A stretch of DNA of 62,505 nt from Methanobacteriota archaeon (lineage in GTDB: Archaea; Thermoplasmatota; Poseidoniia; Poseidoniales; Thalassarchaeaceae): assembly GCA_002713585.1 (NCBI GenBank), contig PATD01000038.1, positions 5,362-67,866 on the forward strand, given 5' to 3'. Numbering within the stretch: position 1 is the first letter of the stretch; every line of letters starts with the position of its first letter. Of this stretch, positions 55,259 through 62,505 are shown in pieces. The notes beneath the pieces are model-generated. The model searched no databases, was not told the origin of the DNA, and was given only the letters and a program-made list of their open reading frames with translations. Made by a program: the position numbers and the translations under genes.

Positions 55259-56941
55259 GGATTTAACTGGGAAAGTTTCGCTCCCTGGATTATTGAGTGG
55301 CTGACATCTACAGACCACAAGAAAGTTGGAACTCTCTACTTCCTAGCGGGATTCTTCTTCCTAGGAGTTGGAGGAATCATGGCTATGCTAATCCGAATTC
55401 AACTTGCTGTTCCAGGCAACGATTTTCTCACTCAAGATCAATACAATATGTTCTTCACAATGCATGGAACAACGATGATTTTCCTGGCAGCTATGCCGTT
55501 GATTAATGGATTCGCGAATTGGCTAATCCCACTCCAGATTGGAGCGCACGACCTTGCCCTCCCACGAATCAATGCTATGTCCTTCTGGCTCCAACCATTC
55601 GCCGCCTTACTAATCTTCACAGGTGTATTCAGCGGGCAGGCTGCTGATGTAGGATGGACTGGATACGCGCCTTACATTGTCTCAGAAACCGCGCACACTG
55701 GAACAACACTGTGGGCTGCTGGACAAATTATGCTCGTGGCATCATCTACACTTACTGGAATCAACTTCCTAGCGACGATTTGTGGCATGAGAGCCCCAGG
55801 TATGGGTTGGATGCAGATGCCCTTGTTCACTTGGTCTATCTTCATAGCCAATCTGATGCTCTTCCTTTCCATCCCTGCTTGGGGTGTTGGACTCATTCAG
55901 GTCTATTTAGATCGGACCATTGGCACCGCATTCTACCATGTTGCATCTGGTGGAGACCCACTCCTATGGAGCCATTTATTCTGGTACTTCGGGCACCCCG
56001 AAGTGTATGTGGTGATTGTTCCTGCCTTCGGCGTAATTTCTGAAGTTCTTGCCACCTCTGCCCGACGCTCCGTCTTTGGATACCGGTCAATGGTCTACGC
56101 AATGGCAGGCATCGGCGTAGTGGCCTTCATCGTATACGGCCACCATATGTTCACCTCCGGAATGTCCCCTACCCTCCGCTTCGTAACCATGCTGACAACG
56201 ATGCTTGTCGCTGTGCCAACTGGAATCAAGATATTCAACTGGCTCAAAACAATGCACAAAGGATCCCTTGTCTATCGAACTCATACCCTATGGGCACTAG
56301 GATTCCTCGTAACATTCACTCTTGGTGGGATTTCAGGGATGTTCTTCCCTTCGCTGGCCATGGATACTCATCTACACGAGACATACTTCGTCGTTGCACA
56401 TTTCCATTACGTATTCGTAGGTGGAACTGTATTCGGCGTATTCTCTGCTGTCTACTACTGGTTCCCTAAGATGTCAGGGCGAATGATGGATGAAAAGTGG
56501 GGACTTCTGCACTTCTTAACCGGATTTATTTCATTCAATGGTATCTTTTGGCCCATGCACAAGCTTGGTGTCCTTGGAATGGCTCGACGTCACCACACAT
56601 GGTTCATTACAACTGATGATTATGCGAATATTCCCGCAGAAATGGCATCTTGGAACCTATTCATTACCGTCTCCGCTTTCCTCTTCTTCTTCTCGAACTT
56701 CATACTCGTCGGGAACATGATCAAGACAGTTGTGTCCGGAAAGAAAGCCCCGGCCGACCCATGGGGTGGTTGGTCCTTTGAGTGGATGTGTGCCTCGCCT
56801 CCGCCAACGCCTTCATTCGACCCACACAACCCACCGGTTCTCCGAGATGCGAACGAACATATTGCATCCGAACCATCACGACTTGGACAGTGGTTTGAGA
56901 GGCTCATGATGCCAGAAGACGATTCGGAGGTGAACCATTGA
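54554..56941 (+). CDS. coxA: Heme-copper oxidase subunit I fused to an N-terminal extracytoplasmic domain and an extra TM helix
   Basis: The canonical core starts at ...[21 protein letters not shown] and includes [33 protein letters not shown] and HFHYVFVGG. The preceding ~235 aa comprise a signal/TM, a beta-rich domain with GCTCHG, and the [27 protein letters not shown]. Confidence 0.9.
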   Translation: MKQNTLLRTLVLLTVLGLALSMAPQADSLPNGIIGQSEKGCTCHGAIPDSGVAPSIEGLPATFNASTTYTLTISFTGGPSGQSGDPHNLGGFNLAVSSGILEAVDDTVKIDGDQATHNGIDDDIDGNGIQDSIEAGGAAIISGNDYTSWLVNWTSPSSGSSTFTLAVNSVNGDGQASANDAWNLMAITVAGPSSGAAAEELQSADPFVVLVTLIIVSGILLAAVILYTFYRVSPDGFNWESFAPWIIEWLTSTDHKKVGTLYFLAGFFFLGVGGIMAMLIRIQLAVPGNDFLTQDQYNMFFTMHGTTMIFLAAMPLINGFANWLIPLQIGAHDLALPRINAMSFWLQPFAALLIFTGVFSGQAADVGWTGYAPYIVSETAHTGTTLWAAGQIMLVASSTLTGINFLATICGMRAPGMGWMQMPLFTWSIFIANLMLFLSIPAWGVGLIQVYLDRTIGTAFYHVASGGDPLLWSHLFWYFGHPEVYVVIVPAFGVISEVLATSARRSVFGYRSMVYAMAGIGVVAFIVYGHHMFTSGMSPTLRFVTMLTTMLVAVPTGIKIFNWLKTMHKGSLVYRTHTLWALGFLVTFTLGGISGMFFPSLAMDTHLHETYFVVAHFHYVFVGGTVFGVFSAVYYWFPKMSGRMMDEKWGLLHFLTGFISFNGIFWPMHKLGVLGMARRHHTWFITTDDYANIPAEMASWNLFITVSAFLFFFSNFILVGNMIKTVVSGKKAPADPWGGWSFEWMCASPPPTPSFDPHNPPVLRDANEHIASEPSRLGQWFERLMMPEDDSEVNH
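56926..56933 (+). promoter_or_regulatory. Strong Shine-Dalgarno (GGAGGTGA) for coxC; the TTG start overlaps the coxA stop
   Basis: gattcGGAGGTGAaccaTTGAgc. TTG at 56938, coxA TGA at 56939..56941. Confidence 0.55.
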
Positions 56942-58095
56942 GCGCAGATTACGGTCATGATCATCATGATGACCATCATGCCTCCCCATGGGGACCTCAT
57001 GATTGGAGCCATGGTGCACCTCACAACTCGTTTGCACCACTAATCATGAGCGCGGGGTTCGCCATGTTCCTATACGGATTCGCCAATGTCTTCATCGGTG
57101 GAGAAGTTGCTGATCTTGGCGCATTAAGTGGTGTAATGCTTGGCCTCATCATTATCACAATGGGCTTGCTCGTCTGGTGGCGTCAAGATATGTCTGCAGA
57201 TGGAATTTACGAACCAAAGGCAACAGGAGCTCCGTTCCGCAATATAGACATCCGCAAGGTCTCAATGTGGATCTTCTTGATGTCTGAGATGATGGTCTTC
57301 ACCAGTCTATTCAGCACCTATATCCGCTATCGTCTAGGTATCCAAAACTGCGGAGAGGTCTTCCTCTCTGGAGAATGGGTCGAAGGTACTTCCGTAGTAT
57401 GCTTTGAGCCCGCAGCACATCTAATTGCAAGTAGTTGGTTCCATCTCGCACCAGGTGCAGTGAACACATTTGCTTTGATTATCTCATCATTCACTATTGT
57501 TCTTGCACTCAAGACAGCGAAGATGAGCGATAAAAAGTATGCAGACAAGTATGAAATTGACATGGAAAGAGTCCGGACACATCGGAGTCGTAAGGTCGCT
57601 ATGTTCCTTGGCTCGACACTCTTCCTCGCAACACTTTTCCTAACACTGAAGATGATTGAATGGTTCATTGGTTTCCCTACTCCTGGCCCTCTGACTGACC
57701 TAAATCACGGTCACTCCGAAATTGCCTCACTTTACAGTGAAGGTTACACTATCCATGCAAATTCATACCAGCATTATGCATATGATACATCATATCACGA
57801 CGGCCATGACATCCCTCACGACAGCGCCCTCTACAGCATGATGCAAGCAGGAACGCACCCCGGAGGGGTCATGATGGCAGATATCCGAGTTGGTGCTTCG
57901 ACCTTCTTCGTGACAACAGGCACCCACGGAGTACACGTACTGGCAGGAATGATTGGACTGGCCTACATGACTTTGAAGGCACTTCGTGGAGGATATGGTC
58001 CTTCAAATGCCGTTTCGATTGAATACTTCGGGCTATACTGGCACTTTGTTGATCTGGTATGGGTTCTCGTCTTCCCATTCTTCTATCTGTTCTGA
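56938..58095 (+). CDS. coxC: Heme-copper oxidase subunit III, enlarged, with a His-rich N-terminus and a His/Tyr-rich loop
   Basis: [17 protein letters not shown] and [17 protein letters not shown] are subunit III signatures. N-terminus [28 protein letters not shown]. Confidence 0.8.
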   Translation: MSADYGHDHHDDHHASPWGPHDWSHGAPHNSFAPLIMSAGFAMFLYGFANVFIGGEVADLGALSGVMLGLIIITMGLLVWWRQDMSADGIYEPKATGAPFRNIDIRKVSMWIFLMSEMMVFTSLFSTYIRYRLGIQNCGEVFLSGEWVEGTSVVCFEPAAHLIASSWFHLAPGAVNTFALIISSFTIVLALKTAKMSDKKYADKYEIDMERVRTHRSRKVAMFLGSTLFLATLFLTLKMIEWFIGFPTPGPLTDLNHGHSEIASLYSEGYTIHANSYQHYAYDTSYHDGHDIPHDSALYSMMQAGTHPGGVMMADIRVGASTFFVTTGTHGVHVLAGMIGLAYMTLKALRGGYGPSNAVSIEYFGLYWHFVDLVWVLVFPFFYLF

Positions 58096-58100
58096 GGTGA
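58094..58100 (+). promoter_or_regulatory. Shine-Dalgarno-like GAGGTGA upstream of the subunit IV ATG
   Basis: ctGAGGTGAtgaaatATG. It overlaps the coxC stop codon. Confidence 0.5.
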
Positions 58101-58106
58101 TGAAAT

Positions 58107-58436
58107 ATGGCACACTACACGATTTTCGGAAAAGACCCCTACTGGATGAACTTCTGGGGTCTGATGATACTCACTGCAATTGAGGTGGCTGCTGTCGGTG
58201 TAGAATTAGGCGACACTATCACGATGAGTATTCTTATTGGAATTGCTATCCCGAAGTTCATCATGATTGCAGCGATTTTCATGCACCTATACGGTGATGC
58301 AGATTCCAAGATTCTCACAATGACGGCGCTCTTCCCGGCGTTCTTCATCATCGTCATGGTTTTCTTCATCGGCCTAACTAGCCCAGGATCCGCAACCGAG
58401 CTTCCTGCATGGTGCCGACCCGGATATTGGACTTGA
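58107..58436 (+). CDS. Small 3-TM protein, probable oxidase subunit IV (CoxD-like)
   Basis: Position directly after coxC. Three hydrophobic helices. WGLMILTAIEVAAV resembles prokaryotic subunit IV. Confidence 0.55.
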   Translation: MAHYTIFGKDPYWMNFWGLMILTAIEVAAVGVELGDTITMSILIGIAIPKFIMIAAIFMHLYGDADSKILTMTALFPAFFIIVMVFFIGLTSPGSATELPAWCRPGYWT

Positions 58437-58480
58437 AATGCACAAAGCGTGAAATCCACCTTAGGATTCGAACACCTGTA

Positions 58481-58563
58481 GCTGACGTCGCATAGCCTGG
58501 TATTGCGCCGGATTTGAAATCCGGTGTCCCTTGGACTCGGGAGTTCGAATCTCTCCGTCAGCG
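58481..58563 (+). tRNA. tRNA-Ser (anticodon UGA), class II
   Basis: Manual fold: acceptor GCUGACG/CGUCAGC. 3-bp D stem. Anticodon arm CCGGA-UUUGAAA-UCCGG. 14-nt variable arm with GUCC/GGAC stem. T arm GGGAG-UUCGAAU-CUCUC. Discriminator G. Confidence 0.9.
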
Positions 58564-58613
58564 CCTCCCTTCAACTCGGGAAATGTATTCAACGCCGATG
58601 TCGCTCCGTAACC

Positions 58614-60134
58614 ATGGGCGTGCGCAGATCGGGACCCGCGCTCATCGCTCTCATGCTCTCCTTGACCCTTGTTGGTTGCCTCGCTGCAGCTCCTGCAGAA
58701 TGGGGAACAGGGCAAGGAATGGTTTCCGTAGAAATGTCCGATGATGGAACAAGTGTGACCATTCACGAACGCCTCTCCAGTGACTCCAATAATGACATCG
58801 TTGGAGTCGAAGTCCCGATTATTGGCTGTAACACCAATGAGAATGGAACGATCCCTCAGAAGTCACAAGATGTTACGGCCGCCGACCACGGTGGAGACCC
58901 CATCAGAATTGAAGGGTGGCTTGCAACATCGAAAAATTTCCCAGATGACGAAGGCCCTTCTATCCAAGCTATCATCGTCGATGTGATGCCAATTGAGGAA
59001 GCACTGGACACAAAAGGGGTGGAGCGAGACCCTGGACAACAAGTACCAGGAATCCAAGACAAGCGATGGGCTACGCCTCTCTACGCTGAGGCTCAATTCG
59101 GGCAAGACTACGATGCCGTCGAAGAAAAGCGCGGGTGGGCTCTGATCGGCGTTATCCCAGGTAATGAGAATGTACTCGATGGCATGGCTGGGCTACAAGA
59201 ATGGAATCGGGCAGTTGCCTTAGAGGGTTACATGCTGCATGGATCTGTTGGAAGTACCGCAACTATTCCATCCGGTGCATCCGTACAAAACTGTGAATTG
59301 AGTTCAAACACTCGATTTGCTGCTCACATGGTAATCACCAGTATCGAAATTGGAGGCGTGACTGCATCAGAATCCGAATCGTACTCTATGGGAAGTATCC
59401 CCTTCATTGGTGGTCCACTTTACCTAATGCTCGTCCTTATCGGAGGTGGTGCAGGCGCTTTCGGGACATTCACCTACGCATCAATCCAAATTCGCACCGC
59501 AGCATCCAAACAAGCAGCTACGCTGATGTCAGAAAAACAAATCAAAGCCGCTGGAAGTGTTGCGAAAGAGCTCAAGAAGCACAAGAAGGAAGTCGAGAGC
59601 ATCAACAAAGACAGAGAAACTTCCGAATCTATCGGCGTAGTTGATGATACTAGCGTGAAGAAGGTCGAGATCAAAGATTTCGATGTCTCAGCAACACTAG
59701 ATGGCCCCGCAGATTCTATGGAGGCATTGAACAGCGTCTCACGAACTCCTGGTGCAGGAGTAATTCAGACCGAGGCATCAATAGAGATGGCTGACAAGTT
59801 GCGCGAAGTCATGGAATCCGCGATGGAAGACGCAAGCTCTCCTTCTTCGGGTCCAAGTGGGCGTCGAATGGGTGGAGGCGTGACTAGCGGTGGCGGCCCA
59901 GGAAGTCAACGAACTATGTCGAATTCGATTAGTTCCAATGAGATGGTTACAGAGGATGAATCACAACCTGAACCAGTAAAGCGGAGTCCACCGGTCAAGA
60001 GGAAGAGGGCTGTTCGCACGCCAAAGGAAGAAGTCGCAGAGCCGGAACCAGAGCCGGAACCGGAAGTGAGAGTTGACACCCGTGAAGGCCCGAGTATCTC
60101 AGATGATGATGAATTCTCAGACTTTAGTTTCTAA
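58614..60134 (+). CDS. Membrane protein: lipobox-like signal, ~270-aa outside domain, TM helix, long charged cytoplasmic tail; hypothetical
   Basis: Start trimmed to MGVRRSGPALIALMLSLTLVGC, because the ORF from 58524 overlaps tRNA-Ser. TM GGPLYLMLVLIGGGAGAFGTFTYA. Tail with KELKKHKKE, PEPEPEPE and an acidic end. Confidence 0.55.
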   Translation: MGVRRSGPALIALMLSLTLVGCLAAAPAEWGTGQGMVSVEMSDDGTSVTIHERLSSDSNNDIVGVEVPIIGCNTNENGTIPQKSQDVTAADHGGDPIRIEGWLATSKNFPDDEGPSIQAIIVDVMPIEEALDTKGVERDPGQQVPGIQDKRWATPLYAEAQFGQDYDAVEEKRGWALIGVIPGNENVLDGMAGLQEWNRAVALEGYMLHGSVGSTATIPSGASVQNCELSSNTRFAAHMVITSIEIGGVTASESESYSMGSIPFIGGPLYLMLVLIGGGAGAFGTFTYASIQIRTAASKQAATLMSEKQIKAAGSVAKELKKHKKEVESINKDRETSESIGVVDDTSVKKVEIKDFDVSATLDGPADSMEALNSVSRTPGAGVIQTEASIEMADKLREVMESAMEDASSPSSGPSGRRMGGGVTSGGGPGSQRTMSNSISSNEMVTEDESQPEPVKRSPPVKRKRAVRTPKEEVAEPEPEPEPEVRVDTREGPSISDDDEFSDFSF

Positions 60135-61193
60135 TTAGACAATTAGACGGATTGCCTGTGGCATTACCTGCATCTCCAGAGGTGTACATCCAATGAGTTC
60201 ACCATCAATGTTGATTGCCATGGGTTCATTCGTCTCAATCCTTAGATGTTTGAATCGATGATAGACGACGCTAGGATGGAAGACGTGTCTCCCCTCCTTC
60301 TGAAGCATACCAAATGCCTTGAGCAACGATGGACGGCTCATCCGCTGTAATATGCCAAGATCCATCTCACCATCGTCAATCGATGCACCGGGGCCTAGTT
60401 TCAATCCAGAACCACCAAGTTGGGTATTCTGAATCAAGAAAAGAGTGTAGTCGCCCTCCATCCGATGACCATCGAGAATCAAGGTAGCACGTCGGCGGCG
60501 ATTAACAAGCATCATCATGACAATTCCCACATCATAGCGTATTGGACCCATCCAACGTAACTTCTCAGCGAGAACGACTGAATCTACACCTAATCCCCAC
60601 GTTACAAGATTGTGACTATACCATGTCATCTCTGGGCCAGGATTCTTGCGATTCCCTGAACTCAGATTCACCTCGGCAAGGTCAATCGCTTGAGTTCGCC
60701 CTCGAATAATTCTGGATATACTATCATCCACCCCTGAGATTCCGAGTTCTGTGCCTTGAGAATTTCCAGTTCCGGCAGGAATTACTGCAAAGATTGGTGT
60801 CGTTGTTGGCTTAGTTCTCATCCAACCAGTAATCGCTTCAGATAGGCTTCCATCACCACCGACCACTGCAATACAATCTCCATCATTCAAATCTAAAGAT
60901 GCGGCAATCTCGACAAGATGGCTTGCGTATTCTGAATGATGAACGTCAACAACAACTCCAGCCTCAATTAGGAGACGTTCGGCTTCTTGACCAACCGAGA
61001 GGCCTTTCTTCCTACCAGAATATGGATTGACAAGAAGATGCACTTTGGAGGGGGTTGAAACATCAATCGCAGGCTGAGTAAAAAATGGAGCAAAGATAGG
61101 CCGGTGAACACCACTCCGCTTTTTGGAAGAGGTGTCTGCTTCGAAGATTAATCGATCAACGGAATCGCCCATGAATTGTAAGAGTGGGTCCAC
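60135..61193 (-). CDS. Diacylglycerol-kinase-catalytic-domain lipid kinase (YegS/BmrU/sphingosine-kinase-like)
   Basis: LLVNPYSGRKKG and the nucleotide-binding block VVGGDGSLSEAITG, plus the C-terminal beta-sandwich typical of DAGK_cat proteins. Confidence 0.7.
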   Translation of the reverse strand: MDPLLQFMGDSVDRLIFEADTSSKKRSGVHRPIFAPFFTQPAIDVSTPSKVHLLVNPYSGRKKGLSVGQEAERLLIEAGVVVDVHHSEYASHLVEIAASLDLNDGDCIAVVGGDGSLSEAITGWMRTKPTTTPIFAVIPAGTGNSQGTELGISGVDDSISRIIRGRTQAIDLAEVNLSSGNRKNPGPEMTWYSHNLVTWGLGVDSVVLAEKLRWMGPIRYDVGIVMMMLVNRRRRATLILDGHRMEGDYTLFLIQNTQLGGSGLKLGPGASIDDGEMDLGILQRMSRPSLLKAFGMLQKEGRHVFHPSVVYHRFKHLRIETNEPMAINIDGELIGCTPLEMQVMPQAIRLIV

Positions 61194-61240
61194 AACATGA
61201 ACTCTGTCCTGAACTACACCCTGATTGAAGCGAAGCCATC

Positions 61241-62380
61241 ATGATAGATGCAGCCCCCCCAGACAACATGGAGCCAGATGTGCGGTTCATGGCACGAGCC
61301 ATCGAGATTGCAGAACGTGGTCTAGCACGAGTGTCTCCAAATCCGCCAGTAGGTTGCGTCCTAGTTCGAGATGGCCGTATTATCGCAGAAGGGTGGCATG
61401 ATCATATTGGTAACCTGCATGCCGAGCAGGCTGCAATTGCAGATGCAGAGGAACGTGGGGAACCAACGGAAGGAGCCACCGCATACGTAACACTAGAGCC
61501 ATGTAATCACTTTGGACGGACTCCTCCCTGCACCCAAGCCCTGCTATGGGCTGGAATTGATTCGGTAATTATCGCCGCTAAGGATCCTAATCCCAACGTT
61601 CGCGGTCATGGGATTAGAGTTCTCGAAGAAGCAGGTATCGAGGTCCGTTATGGTATGTTAAAATTAGAAGCAGAAATGCAAATGCAGGCATTCATGCGTT
61701 GGTGTCATCATCGTCGACCTATCGTAACCCTGAAGATGGCAGTCGATGCCAAAAATCGTGTCGATACAGATGCAGGGCCGCCTGCCCGTTTCACCACAGA
61801 AAAATCACTCCATTTCGCTCATGCTTTACGGCGACAGACAGATGCAATTCTTGTTGGCTCTGGAACCGTCATCCGTGACAATCCATCGCTCACTATTCGC
61901 CACGTCCCTCTTGATGGAGTTGACCAACCATTACGTATCGTTCTCGATCGGCGAGGCCGTGTCTCATCGGATGCAAAGGTCTGGAATCAAGAGGCTGCAA
62001 GCCTCCACATTCATGGATTGGAGGGTGTGGAAGAAACAATGAATGGCGAATCCATAGCAATCGCTGATCTCAATGAAGAGAAAGGATTGCATGATCTACT
62101 CGACCTACTTGGAGATCGAGGTATCCAGGAACTTCTGATCGAAGGGGGGCCACAAATCTGGACGAGTTTCCTTGATGCTGGTCTTGTAGATCGTCTAATC
62201 CATATCCGTAGTCATCAAGAGATTGGAAATGGACCTGTGATGATTCTGAATGAAGCATACTTGGAATCGAATGAACTCTTACTACATTCCGAATCTGAGG
62301 ATACGGGTGATTGTATTCAAATCTACACAAAATCGAACTTTAAGCCCCCAAATTCAGCATGGCCCTACCCGTCGGGTTGA
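61241..62380 (+). CDS. ribD: Bifunctional riboflavin biosynthesis protein RibD (pyrimidine deaminase / uracil reductase)
   Basis: Deaminase zinc motifs HAEQAAI and TLEPCNHFGRTPPC. The reductase domain has TLKMAVD...GSGTVIRDNPSLT and LLIEGGPQIWTSF. Confidence 0.9.
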   Translation: MIDAAPPDNMEPDVRFMARAIEIAERGLARVSPNPPVGCVLVRDGRIIAEGWHDHIGNLHAEQAAIADAEERGEPTEGATAYVTLEPCNHFGRTPPCTQALLWAGIDSVIIAAKDPNPNVRGHGIRVLEEAGIEVRYGMLKLEAEMQMQAFMRWCHHRRPIVTLKMAVDAKNRVDTDAGPPARFTTEKSLHFAHALRRQTDAILVGSGTVIRDNPSLTIRHVPLDGVDQPLRIVLDRRGRVSSDAKVWNQEAASLHIHGLEGVEETMNGESIAIADLNEEKGLHDLLDLLGDRGIQELLIEGGPQIWTSFLDAGLVDRLIHIRSHQEIGNGPVMILNEAYLESNELLLHSESEDTGDCIQIYTKSNFKPPNSAWPYPSG

Positions 62381-62406
62381 AATCAAGCCGGCTGGTCGAG
62401 AAGGCT

Positions 62407-62480
62407 GGGCGATTGGTGTAGTCTGGATATCATCTGGCGCTTCGGACGCTAGGACACGGGTTCGAATCCTGTATCGCCCG
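62407..62480 (+). tRNA. tRNA-Arg (anticodon UCG)
   Basis: Manual fold: acceptor GGGCGAU/AUCGCCC. Anticodon arm UGGCG-CUUCGGA-CGCUA. T arm ACGGG-UUCGAAU-CCUGU. Discriminator G. No CCA. Confidence 0.9.
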
Positions 62481-62505
62481 CTCTCATATCGGTTGTAAGC
62501 GAAGG

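Noticed and set aside
58455-58480. A 'GGATTCGAACAC' motif just upstream of tRNA-Ser that looks like the reverse complement of a T-arm. It was considered as a possible second, minus-strand or split tRNA.
   Set aside because: The flanks cannot be folded into T-stem, acceptor or anticodon arms on the minus strand. It is probably a chance match or part of the tRNA-Ser promoter region.
60039-60066. A short tandem DNA repeat (gagccggaacca/gagccggaaccg) near the 3' end of the 58614 gene.
   Set aside because: It simply encodes a PEPEPEPE low-complexity stretch in the cytoplasmic tail. It is not an independent repeat element.

Overview
The window is a gene-dense (about 90% coding) stretch of an archaeal chromosome. 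There are no rRNA genes, no CRISPR array and no clear mobile element.

**Likely source.** Gene content suggests a marine planktonic euryarchaeon of the Marine Group II / Poseidoniales type. This is inference only; no database search was possible.
- Archaeal information-processing genes: thermosome, EF-1alpha, ribosomal proteins uS10 and eS8, SRP19, Sec61beta, family B DNA polymerase, a GINS-like protein, deoxyhypusine synthase and a XerA-like recombinase.
- Bacterial-looking genes alongside them: DnaK, a Soj-type ParA, an aa3-type cytochrome oxidase operon, bifunctional RibD and a DAG-kinase-like lipid kinase.

**General features.**
- Four intron-less singleton tRNAs without encoded CCA: Gly-GCC, Leu-CAA, Ser-UGA and Arg-UCG.
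- Roughly one third of the coding capacity goes to acidic, membrane-anchored or secreted cell-surface proteins, including a 2120-aa and a ~1010-aa protein, plus two peptidases (M17 and M14).
- Packing is extreme: several convergent gene pairs have back-to-back stop codons.

**Most interesting candidates.**
1. A four-gene same-strand cluster at 36287..41284. A Soj-type ParA is translationally coupled to a small acidic protein that keeps only the ParB N-terminal 'RGLGRGLD' ParA-activating peptide. Upstream sit a membrane protein with a cytoplasmic SAP/HeH-like DNA-binding motif and a second two-TM protein. This may be an undescribed membrane-linked ParA positioning or segregation system.
2. A heme-copper oxidase subunit I with a ~235-aa extracytoplasmic Reeler/DOMON-like N-terminal module and one extra TM helix.
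3. An agmatinase / AdoMetDC-fold decarboxylase / deoxyhypusine synthase operon.
4. A cysteine-free Mrp/NBP35 homologue.
5. A divergent Hsp20-like gene coupled to dnaK in place of grpE.

All functional calls rest on motifs read by eye in the supplied translations.
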